DNA from: Seison nebaliae
Taxonomy: Eukaryota
Reading direction: 5' to 3'
Length of the DNA: 64,000 bases
NCBI GenBank assembly: GCA_023231475.1
Contig: JALJEE010002345.1
Coordinates: forward strand, 1 to 64,000
The notes under the pieces were generated by a model. It was given only the letters and a program-made list of their open reading frames with translations, had not been told where the DNA came from and did no database searches. Position numbers and translations under genes: made by a program. The stretch's first letter is position 1. Every line of letters starts with the position of its first letter. Shown one piece after another: positions 25,191 through 36,184 of this stretch.

Positions 25191-28100
25191 ATGAAGCATT
25201 CGCATGAATTAAAACATTCTCCTTTCACCGGTCCCGGTACCTTACCAATGGAACACAAATCTACAACCAATGTCTTCGCTCGTTATCGTGAGAAGATGAA
25301 GGACAATCCTATAATCATATTATTAATCCTCATCATTTTTGGTATGGCAATCTCTTTGTTTACCATATCAGCTTTGTTTCATATCGAGAAACAAGATAAT
25401 GATCGATATCGTTTAGACAGACTAACAAGTACAAAGCCCATCATAACTGAAACAACAGAACATAGTCCAGAAATCACAACTACAACTCTTCCATCCACTA
25501 CAACAAAATCCATCGAATATTTGATGTGTGAACATTGTGAACCGAAATATTACGATCTTCGAATTCTACCTGTAATTGATAAATCGGAATTCTTCGGAAT
25601 AGTCACCATATTCTTCGATCGTCGTTACGAATACAGTTAATCAATTCATATATATTTTCATATTCATCTATATATATATATATGTATATATGATTTTTTT
25701 TTTCTCAAAGGAGATTATGTGACATTGAATATGAAGGAACTTGAAATTTATGATGATGAAATTTCTCTTACACAATGTGATGCCGGACTGAAAGATACGA
25801 ATTTCGATACAATGAATTGTACAGTGAACGCTATGGTTTTTTGACACTTAACAAATAAATGATTTCGTTAAATACATTTTCGTTTTAGGAGGCAGGAAGT
25901 GAAATAATAAAAAATGAAGCAAATCAAATTTTGTCAATGAAACTAAAAGACAGTTTCAAAGTCAGTGGACAACTGTTTCGAATAGATGTCGTTTTCTCCG
26001 GAAAGTTTCGTGGTCTCGTTGGAATGTATGGCAGCGAATACCAAATCGGAAATGAAACGAAGTTCCCAATTTTTCCATTTAGTCAACACTCTCATTTCTT
26101 GATAATTAGACATGTAATTTCAACAAAATTCGAACCGTCAGATGCTCGAAAAGCATTTCCATGTTTCGATGAACCGAATAAAAAAGCAAAATTCAAAATT
26201 ACTATCGGCAGATTACCTGAATATAACACCAGATCAAATATGGAAATGGAAGTTTAAATTTTAAGAGATTTCTTCTAAATTCCATTTGATAGTCGACCGT
26301 TCCGATAAGTGAAATAGTCAGTGACGAGTTAGCTCAAAAAATGCCGGTTGAAAATCTTCAAAATTACGTTGCCGATGTCTATAACGTGAGCGTACCGATG
26401 AGTACGTATCTAGTGGAGATGATGGTGAGTCAATATGAGACGAAAACTCATCCAACTGATGAAAGAGTTTTTCCTTCAATTTCACTTACAAAATAATTCA
26501 AACTAAAAAATTCAATTTTTTTTTCAGATTTCCATTTATGCTGATAAATTCCATTTGGATGCAGGTTTGGGAGATTTCGCTTTGGATATCGCTGGAAAAG
26601 TGTTGGCGTTCTATGAGAATAGATTTGGTATCAAATACGTTTTACCTAAATTAGGTTGAATTTTAATATATTATTAAAAAAAAAATTATTATTATTATTA
26701 TCATTTCTCACCGTTTATTAATAGATTTGACACCAATACCAAATTTTTTTTCGGGTGCGATGGAACATTGGGGACTCATCACTTTCAGAGAAACGGCTCT
26801 TCTTTTCGATAATGAAACGGCGACTACTACGAGCAAATTTTATGTTGCTCGAGTTGTTGCTCATGAAATTTCCCATATGGTTAATTTAAATTTTCATTTA
26901 TATGAAATTCATTGAGAAATTGAAAGTGGTTTGGAAATTTAGTGACGATGGAAGATTGGCAAGATTTGTGGTTGAATGAAGGATTTGCTTCGTATATGCA
27001 ATACTTTGCCGTAGATGAAATATTTCCAGAATGGCATGTAGTTAGTTGAAATTTGTCCAATTCTATAAAATTAAAATAGTGGAATTCGTTTGTTAGTTCC
27101 ACTATTCAACGTGCGCTCAATACAGATCGTACAGCAAGTAGTGCAATTATTACTCCAGTCACTGATCTCTCAGGGTCAACGGCGATGTTCAACGCCTTAT
27201 CTTATCAGAAAGGTGGGTCATTCCTCCATATGTTACGAGAAGTCATGCCAATAAACACTTTCGACGAATGTGTCAATGTTAATCTTCTCATTATCTCAAT
27301 TTCTTCCATTCATTTTTTCACAGTTATATTTAAATGATAACAAATTTGGCAACGCAAATTACGATGATTTTCTAATTTATATGAGTGTGGGCAACAGTTG
27401 TTGGAATGCAACTTTAGAACAAGTACGAGAAAATGTGAATTATAAATTATTTATGAAAAAACTTTTTGATGAAATTACTATCCCAACTTTTGCAAATAAT
27501 TATTTGTTTAAGAAACATTTTCCTGTTCTCACAATCAACAACGATGATGATATTATTGAATTTGATCAATTGGATGTGTTCGGAGATAAACACGCAACAC
27601 AATGGTATGTTCCTCTCATTTGCTACTCGGACAATAGTGGTAATGGACAAGAATTAAGATATTGGTTGAGAAATCCATCGATGAGTATTCAGGATGTAGG
27701 TTTGAAGAAATCGTTGAAATGTAATATTCGTTCGTCATCCTACCAAGTCATCTATTACAAACAAGTGAAAGATATTTGTGAGGGAATTGAGAGAGACATA
27801 TATGATTTGAAAGATTACCAAAATCTCCTTTATGATTCATTCATATTAGCCGAAGTGAACAATCGGATGGTTCACCGACCAGAAAAAATGAATAATTATG
27901 AAAGACCGTTTGCAATGACGTCGGTGTTAGTGGGGAACTTTTTGAAAAAAGTGGATAAAGACGAAAAATATTTCATCTATTCAACCATTCGCAATCAACT
28001 TCGTCGATTGTTTAGAAAGACAAGATATCGAGAAGCTGGAAAGAATTTAACTGTTCGATTTCTTTTTCTTTTCAACATCTCTTCATTTCGCTTAGACTAT

Positions 28101-29152
28101 GTACCTCGATCTTTTGGAAGGTGTCTATGAGAAAGTTCCACCGTTCCAAGTGAAAACGAAGGAAGAATATGATAATTTATCGTTCTTGGATAAGTTTCTT
28201 TTTATCTTCCTTTTCTTTTACTTCTAACACCGTTTTCTTATCAGAAAATTACAGACAGATATTACGAGCGATGCTTGTCTGTTTGGAAATGAAGTTTGTA
28301 TAGAGAAAGCTATCGAACTTGTTACTAACAATGAAACATTTGAAAAGTTTCCTTTTTGCATATTCTCATACTAAATTCTTTATACTTTATTTAATTTATG
28401 AAATTATTTTACTTTAGTATATTACCAATCTATCGTTACACAACATTTCGAACTTTTTTCATGAATATCAATAAAACATTAACAACGGAATATTTTCAAA
28501 TATTCTTCAAAAAATATCTAACGGAAGAAGATGCAGCAGTAAAAGAAGAATATTTTGCCGCTCTTTGTTTCATGGAAGACAAATATTTGCTCAATACGTT
28601 ATAATCATTCTATAATCTCATTTATCTAACATTCTAATCCAGCTTAATCAAATTAATAACAAAACGGACTGATATTGTCAGCGAACAAAATGTTTTTAGT
28701 TTCCTTTCTCTCATATCAAGTGGAACTGCGATCGGACAAAACTTAGTATGGAGATATATCGAAGATAATTGGTTGGAACTAGTCAGAAAGTTCGTCAGTT
28801 ACTAAAAACAAATCCTCCTGAAAACTCTTCCAATTATTTAGATATGGAATAGATAATAGAAAATTGGGTAACTTAGTTTATGATGTGACAAGTACGTTCG
28901 ATGACTACAGTAAATACTTCGAAGTTTTCCTTCTTATTATTTTTTATCTTTTCGAAGTATATTTTTGAAAAATAGGTCCAAAAATTTTTCAAATCTTATC
29001 CAAATGCCGGTGCTGGAAAGAAGAAACGTGAACAAGCGCTAAAACAAATTTCTAACAATTTTATATGGATTACAACATACGAAAAGCAATTGAACAGTTT
29101 AACAGAAAATTATCTAAATGAGAACGATTATTTGAAAGATAAATGTATTTAA
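25191..29152 (+). CDS. Type II membrane M1 aminopeptidase (aminopeptidase N/A-like), 16 exons
   Basis: N-terminal TM and Thr stalk; [63 protein letters not shown]-like C-terminus; fifteen GTT introns. Confidence 0.93.
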
Positions 29153-29299
29153 GTACAATTATTTCCTCCCCCAATTTTACTTAACTAACAGTAAATATAC
29201 ATATTTACTCTTACTAATCTACTTACAATTAGAGAAAACAAATAAAGACTTATTAAATTTTTTTAATTTTAATTTTTTATTAAATAATAATTCAATATG

Positions 29300-30057
29300 T
29301 GCATTCATCATTTCCAAAGAGGCAAGCATCGCTCGTAATATTTGTCTGTAATTTTCTGATAGAGAAGTAGAAGGAGGAAGATAAAAAGAAACTTATCCAA
29401 GAACGATAAATTATCATATTCATCCTTCGTTTCCACTTGGAACGGTGGAACTTTCTCATAGACACTTTCCAAAAGATCGAGATACATAGTCTAACAAGAC
29501 AAAATCATCCACGTGCCACTCACCGATCAAAATAAAAAAAGTACCAAAAGATGTGGCATTATTTTTTATCAAGGAATATGTTATTTTTAAGGGCAGCCGG
29601 GCCCAAATATGTGCACTAATATAATTATTTCGATGTTTAATAATGTTAAAAAAGAAGGTAGGCTTGCATATTTAGTGTAGTGCGGTAAATTAATGCACAT
29701 ATTTGGGCACGGTTGCCCTTAAAAATAACATATTCCTTGATGAAAAATAATGCCACATCTTTAGGTGTTTTTTTATTTTGATCGGTGGGCGAAATGGAGA
29801 GATGTTGAAAAGAAAAAGAAATCGAACAGTTAAATTCTTTCCAGCTTCTCGATATCTTGTCTTTCTAAACAATCGACGAAGTTGGTTGCAAATGGTTGAA
29901 TAGATGAAATATTTTTCGTCTTTATCAACTTTTTTCAAAAAGTTCCCCACTAACACCGACGTCATTGCAAACGGTCTTTCATAATTATTCATTTTTTCTG
30001 GTCGGTGAACCATCTGATTGTTCACTTCGACTAATATGAATGAATCGTAAAGGAGAT
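29300..30057 (-). pseudogene. Inverted partial duplicate of aminopeptidase segment ~27823-28292 (exons and introns), interrupted by an insertion
   Basis: Reverse complement is nearly identical to 27823-28292 ([17 protein letters not shown]...); has no start, catalytic domain or C-terminus. Confidence 0.9.
29517..29790. mobile_element. MITE-like non-autonomous DNA element with ~100-bp terminal inverted repeats
   Basis: 29521-29620 (caccgatcaaaataaaa...gtgcactaat) is the near-perfect reverse complement of 29690-29787; absent from the parental intron near 28090; no clear target-site duplication. Confidence 0.8.
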
Positions 30058-30269
30058 CTAAATAAAATAACTACAAAAGTTGACTACCGTCTATACAACA
30101 TTTGGAAAGAATATTAATTAATTTTGACGAATAGAATAGTTAGTTAAATTTAATGAATTTTTTAAATTTAATCTATCTAATTAATGATCTATGAATCTTA
30201 TAGTTATAAAATTTTATGAATACAATTTCTTGACTTATTCGAGGAGTAAATCATTTCGTTAAATCGTGT

Positions 30270-30378
30270 GTGCGTAGCGCAGTGGTCTACGCACGTTCGA
30301 CGCATATTTGCGATATAACGTACCCTGCACCTCGATAGAGTCATATTGGGGCGTGCGTAACACAGTGGTTTATGCACG
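30270..30378 (+). repeat. Two related GC-rich hairpin motifs (GTGCGTAR-cRcagtggt-YTAYGCAC)
   Basis: Copies at 30270-30294 and 30352-30378; stems of 8-9 bp with near-identical loops. Confidence 0.75.
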
Positions 30379-30649
30379 TTCCCAACGCCACAACGATGGG
30401 ACGCACGTCTCACGCAACGTAGAGATCTCTTACCACTGACCGTAGAGGAGATCGATCAAAAAATTTATCCCGACGGGAATTTCACTTAAAAAAAATCAAA
30501 ATTGAAATTGAAAAAAAACTATACTCATTCTTTTTCTTTTCTAGCCAGAGGGCAATCGACATTGTTTTGGGGAGTATAAATTGAGCAAATACAGAACATA
30601 AATTTATAAAATAGACTTTTCAGTTGTCTTCTATCATTTTTTTTGTTTT

Positions 30650-31309
30650 TTGTTTTTTTTGATTTTCATTAAAACTATGATTTGTGTAACATATGCATTT
30701 TCTTTGTTGGTCGTTTTAAGACTTCAAGATTTTTTGGTAATGGCTAAACCAATTGAATCGGATGATGATGCCTTCGATGATATTGGTCCACCACCATCAT
30801 GGTCATCTGGTGCGAGTTTTTCGTGGGATGGTGTACGTACCCCCCCCTCGGTAAGTGATTCCCCCCCTCGTGGAAATGGTGTACGTACCCCCTCGGTAAG
30901 TGATTCCCCCTCGGTAAGTGATTCCCCCCCTAGAATTGATAATATATATATGCCATCACCAGAAAGTCTTGGTGTTGATTTTAGGTCATCAACTGGATCT
31001 GCTGGTAGTTCCACCATTGATGCTTTATTGTCTGGTGATTCCGATTATTCTGATTTAGAAGGAGAATTATCCGGAAGTGAAGCAACTCTTTCAAGTGGTT
31101 CAGAATCAGGAGTTTCAGAAAAAGAGTATGAACTCCGACGAAATCCACGTGTTGATTTTGCACAATATGCGTCTTCGCCTTCCGGTTCCTTAGTATCCCA
31201 CATAAGCTCTCAATCAGTTTCAGAATCAGAAGGAGAAGGAGAAGCAGGATTCATGGATATGATAGTAGAAATTATGCAACAGCCAGAAAATATGGATAGA
31301 AATATATAA
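30650..31309 (+). CDS. Hypothetical Ser/Asp/Pro-rich disordered protein with internal GVRTP(P)SVSDSP repeats (start uncertain; ATG 30740 plausible)
   Basis: Open frame of about 190-219 codons; direct repeats at 30829-30930; AATAAA downstream near 31365. Confidence 0.5.
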   Translation: MFFLIFIKTMICVTYAFSLLVVLRLQDFLVMAKPIESDDDAFDDIGPPPSWSSGASFSWDGVRTPPSVSDSPPRGNGVRTPSVSDSPSVSDSPPRIDNIYMPSPESLGVDFRSSTGSAGSSTIDALLSGDSDYSDLEGELSGSEATLSSGSESGVSEKEYELRRNPRVDFAQYASSPSGSLVSHISSQSVSESEGEGEAGFMDMIVEIMQQPENMDRNI

Positions 31310-32020
31310 GATTGAACATAAGAAGATATTAAGTAACTTCATCTGATAATTCATATCTTTCTCTAATAAATTCATTTTAATAACAAGTAAGTAAACATCA
31401 TATATCTAAAACATTAGTGTTCATTATATTTTCTTCTATTTCGGTTATATGTTTAACTTTGTGGTGTTGCTGCAGAAGTAACTGCATACTTGTAATTTAA
31501 CGTATCGTTATCACATCTGTGTCTAATAATAATTAGGGCTGTTCACACAAACACGAACAAACATAGACCGTTCTAGGTATAGAATTGTGATGTCTAGTTT
31601 TTGAAAAAGAGTTTGACACGAACCAAATACATTGTTCTTATCAATACCGCTCGAACGAACGGTCCAATTTCGTTCGTGAAAGCGTTCTATAGAAACTAAG
31701 AAGATAGAAAATGAAAAATAAATCAAATGACATCCATACAGTCACAGTATATGCAGTTATGAAAATAATATTTCCCGTTTTATTCTAAATATTGTGAATG
31801 CAAATTAAGAATCAAATTAGGCTGTAAATATTAGTTGTCACCAATAAAATAACCGATAATGTATCTTTGACTTATTTCTTAACAATTCTTTATTTCCAAC
31901 ATTAGAAATATATCAAGCATAGTGAAGTGTTTTCAACATTCATATTCTTACAAGATTTATACAAATTAAATTAATTCATGAAAACTATAACTGAAAAATC
32001 CATAGCTAAAAATAGATATT

Positions 32021-33065
32021 TTATTTCGAATAATTTTTCTCATCTTCATGACGATTAAAATGACGATATTCATTTATTTGATCATGGCCAAAACATTTGG
32101 AAAATTGTGTGGTTAAAACGAGAATGATTGTCTTCCATCGATCAATAATTTCGCGAACGGAAAACTTTTTATCAATCGTTAAATATTTAGTTTCTCCAAA
32201 TAATTGGTTTCCAAAACCATTCAATTTATTCCAATCGAATGAATTATACGATTGATTATCTTCTTTCTGTTTGGATTGACTAATAAAATTCTCTTTAATC
32301 GGTTGATGGAATTGAGAGACGTTGAATGTTTCTATCAATTTCTCGTAAAGTAAATTTAGAAATTTCGAACGAATTGGACATGAAGGTGAAATGTATTGTT
32401 GGGAATCGAGTAGAATTTCTGGAATTCCATTTGGATAAGCATCTGGTAATCGAATTTGGAGTGGTGGTACTTCAGCTGAGAGAGCGGTGGCTTTGGTGGA
32501 AATAGTGAGAACTTTCTCTTCTTTCAACATACTCAAATCGATGTTGAGATCTGAACAGAACAATTCAATCTCTTTCAATTCCATTTCTAGATTTTTCTCC
32601 AATTCCCATTTGTCATTGGGAGAGATTTGATTGAAAGGTATCGAATCTTTATTCGTATGTAATTCTTCCATACAATCATTCATGATATATTGAGAATATG
32701 GATCAAATGATCGAATCAATTCAAAATGTTTCACATCTTCACTAGTTTTTCTTGGGAGAGTTTGAATTAAATTTATTTTCTCTTCAATTTTTTCTTGAAA
32801 TTTCTTTTCTCTTTGGGACAATTTTAAACTGATATTTGGATGACATTTTGTCACATCTTCAACATTCTTCCAATAACTCTCCAATTCTTTCACCATTTTC
32901 GTCAGTTCTTCATTCGCAATTTTCGGAGGAGACGACGGATTATATTGTCCCGTTACCTTTGGCGATTGTGTCGTTGACGGTGGATCAATTCGAGGAGGTA
33001 TCGGATGATTCATTACCATATTATTGTTCATTGGCATCGGTTCCACTTTCGGTTGCTGCAGCTGC

Positions 33066-33101
<36 letters not shown>

Positions 33102-33784
33102 GGTCTCTCAAAAAACTTTACCAAGTAAGAATATCTTTCACCAAACTGAAAACTGTCAAATGATAAATTTTAAAAGAAATAAGAACTTTTTTGTAAAATT
33201 CGATGTAGAAGCGTTCGGGAAGAAAAATTTTGGGAGGAATCAGTTCTTTGTACATCGTACTACTCCAAATTACATCCTCACAAAACTTACAAAAAGGAAA
33301 AAAATGATTTAAGCCAGTTGAAAGATGTATTTGTATCTTCCGAATTCTGTCCAATTCAGTTCTCAATCTCTTTTCCTTCCCTCCTCCACTCTCATGATTG
33401 ACATTCATCTCATAACCGTTATTATACTTCCTTAAAATCTTCTCGAATTGATTGTTTAAGGTAGGAACATAGTCCACCTTCAGTGATTGGAGTAGAATTG
33501 AGGCTAAAGTAGAAATGAGAGATTTTTAAATTCATAAATATTCTAACATTTTTTCAATAGCGACAAATATTCCGTTTTCAGAATCGTTATTTCTTGCTGC
33601 TCTTTACACGTTTTCATACGATCAAAAACATAACACGCTGCTTCATCCGGCAGATCGAACTTTCTAAAAACATACTAAATATTTGGCGAATGGAAATTAG
33701 TCATTTGAACTTCTGAAAATTTTTGACACATTCAGAAATGAAATTCTCATTAGGGAAATTCGGTGGAATTTGATTTGGATTCAT
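32021..33784 (-). CDS. MED15: Mediator subunit 15-like
   Basis: N-terminal KIX-like TEYLSLLKK, poly-Gln tract, C-terminal VPPLQIRLPDAYP resembling the MED15 C-terminal motif; three GTT introns. Confidence 0.6.
33066..33100. repeat. (CAA)n coding microsatellite (poly-Gln)
   Basis: Directly visible; similar tracts near 38910-38936 and 39108-39130. Confidence 0.9.
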
Positions 33785-35109
33785 CGTTTTGTAAGACTTT
33801 GGACGATTTTGGATGAAAAACACACAAATATAGACTAACTATTATTATTGTATTACTATCGATCTACAAGTCTGCTCTTCCAATTTGGCTGACTGTTTAT
33901 TCCGATTAAACTTATTAATTCGTTCTCAACTTCATTTAAATAGTTTACGCTTAACATTTCCAAAATTAACATTTCTACTGCGGTCATTATCCGCAAATAT
34001 AAAAGAAAAATTTGAAGTTCTTTTACTCCAATCACCATTTGTGGAGTTAAAAAATTTACGCTAAGTCTTAAAACTTTAATGAAACTAATGAAAGAATTCT
34101 GAAATTAATTTGACTGAAAATTAACATCCCAATCTTAGTAATTTAATTTTGTAGTGAAACTTACAAATATGTTGAACATTCGTCTCCCAAATCATGGAGT
34201 CCGATGAAACAATAGATTAGTTTTATTAACGGTCAATTAGAAGAAAAGCTGATGGATAAATAGTAAAATGAACAAAGTTAGACATCTTCGACAGATTCGC
34301 TTATTCAGCAAATTTTGATTAAAGAAACAATGTCAAATTAGTTAGTATGAGATATTAGATATTATTATTTATTACGATTGTTGTGTAGTTGGAGAATGTT
34401 GGATGTCTAGAGTAAATTTAAGTTAGATTATAGTTGAAGAAAAAATTATTTGAAATAGAACTGGAAAACATAAAAGTTGAGTTAGAAATTTGTGGGAGTT
34501 CCATAAATAAATAAAAAAAACTTTATCGAAATTTCTTGGATTTCCAATCAATTTTTCGTTCGACTGACCATTATAATCAATCTTTATGTAAACGGTCGAC
34601 GATAAAGGAATGAGATGAATTGATCCAATTTATTCCTACTTGAATTCAATTGTTTATATATAATTTTTAAAAGTGTTGTTAATGGTAGCTTTAGGTAACT
34701 AACTACGCAGCCTGCCATAAGGAACTATTTGTTACTATTTCATTATGTTTCTTTCTTGAGAAGTCGATGTTCTACATTTCTTTTCACACATTCCTACAGG
34801 AAACTGTATTTCCAACAGAACTTCCATCATCTTGTTAATAGTAGTCGGTGGCTTTGATAACCGATACTTTGAGGAAATACATTTCATTCTATTTTCAATT
34901 CTATTGACAATTCTTATAAATATTCACTTTTTCCATAAATAAAATTTTCCGTTTTAAATATTGGGAGAACGTAATTAATTTGAGAAGAAAGTGATTATAT
35001 TTATTTGCAGAGCAGTTTTTATGAGGTTATCAAGTTCAATTTACCAAAACAATTCAGAAGAAAACTGTTCAATTTTATATGTAAAAATTATTTAACGGAG
35101 TTCGATTTC

Positions 35110-35670
35110 ATGAATTATTATCCATATCAATATGATCTTAAGAATAATAACATTATACCTAGTCGTCCATCAACTGTCACTAAAAGGAAAGTTCAATCAA
35201 CGAAACGTTTAGTAAAATTATTATCAAGTTTCTTCATAAATTAATTTTTTCTATTTCGATTAGTGCCACGCGATAAATTTCTGCCATTGATATCATTAAA
35301 TAAAGATCAGACAATTCTATCTAAACGTTCCTCATTCACTTATGCAGCACAATTCAGAATAAGACAGAGATCTATGGGCGTAATTAGTAACAGTAACATA
35401 AAATTACCAAAATTGCATCACAAGAAACTGGAGAATATGAAGAATCCAAAAGTTTCTTCTTTCATCAATTGCGAACAGCGACGACCTATTCCAATCAGGA
35501 ATTACAAGAAAAAATCTGATGAAAACCTTAACGAATGGGATGCTTATTGGTCATGGAAATCATCGAAATTATCAATTTCGAAAAAGAAATATGATGAAGA
35601 ATTATTCTCCAATCGTTCCTCCTCAGGCTACAGTAGCAACACGTCTAATAATTTGATTGACGAACTATAA
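35110..35670 (+). CDS. Hypothetical basic protein, 2 exons
   Basis: ATG at 35110; a GTT..TAG intron at ~35207-35263 joins the two ORFs in frame. Confidence 0.5.
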
Positions 35671-36184
35671 TTTTTATGCCAATAGAAACACATGATAAAA
35701 ATTAATTTTCATTTAATATTTCTCTTCCTTATCAAATAAAATATTCGAATATAAAACGAAGAAACTTGATTTTCCGATTGGTTTTTATCGTCCAATATCA
35801 ACATGTTTCTGTACGGAAATAAATTCGGTTCCACTCATTATTTAGTTAAATTAATTTCAAGAGAAATAATTCAATATCTGTGAATTTAAATTTTAATTAG
35901 AATAATAAATTTTATATCTTTTATTTTATTTATCTTTCAAGAATATGATAACGGATGTAACGAAAAATTTATTCCATCGTTGCAAAAAATGAATGAGATT
36001 AGTGGAAATAAGAATAGTGATTGGTGAGAAGTAAGAAGTATCATGAAGCATTGCTGCATGGCAAAGGTAAAACTGTTGTTTTCATTTCATTGTATGATAG
36101 TTGTGTGTGAACAAGTGCTAGTGATGATGTCAAATATCTGATTATATACAAATTAAAAAAAGAAAAAAAAATCTATTCTATTAT

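Noticed and set aside
26754..26774. GAMEH instead of GAMEN in the M1 aminopeptidase
   Set aside because: To my knowledge this variant occurs in other invertebrate M1 peptidases; HEXXH..E and the catalytic Tyr motif are intact
9885..29152. Fragmented ORFs suggesting frameshifted pseudogenes or an alternative genetic code
   Set aside because: All breaks are resolved by short GT..AG introns, and TAA, TAG and TGA each serve as genuine stops
30270..30378. Iron-responsive element or tRNA gene
   Set aside because: A CAGTG loop is present but the 5-bp upper stem and C-bulge geometry does not fit; A/B-box spacing is too short and there is no cloverleaf
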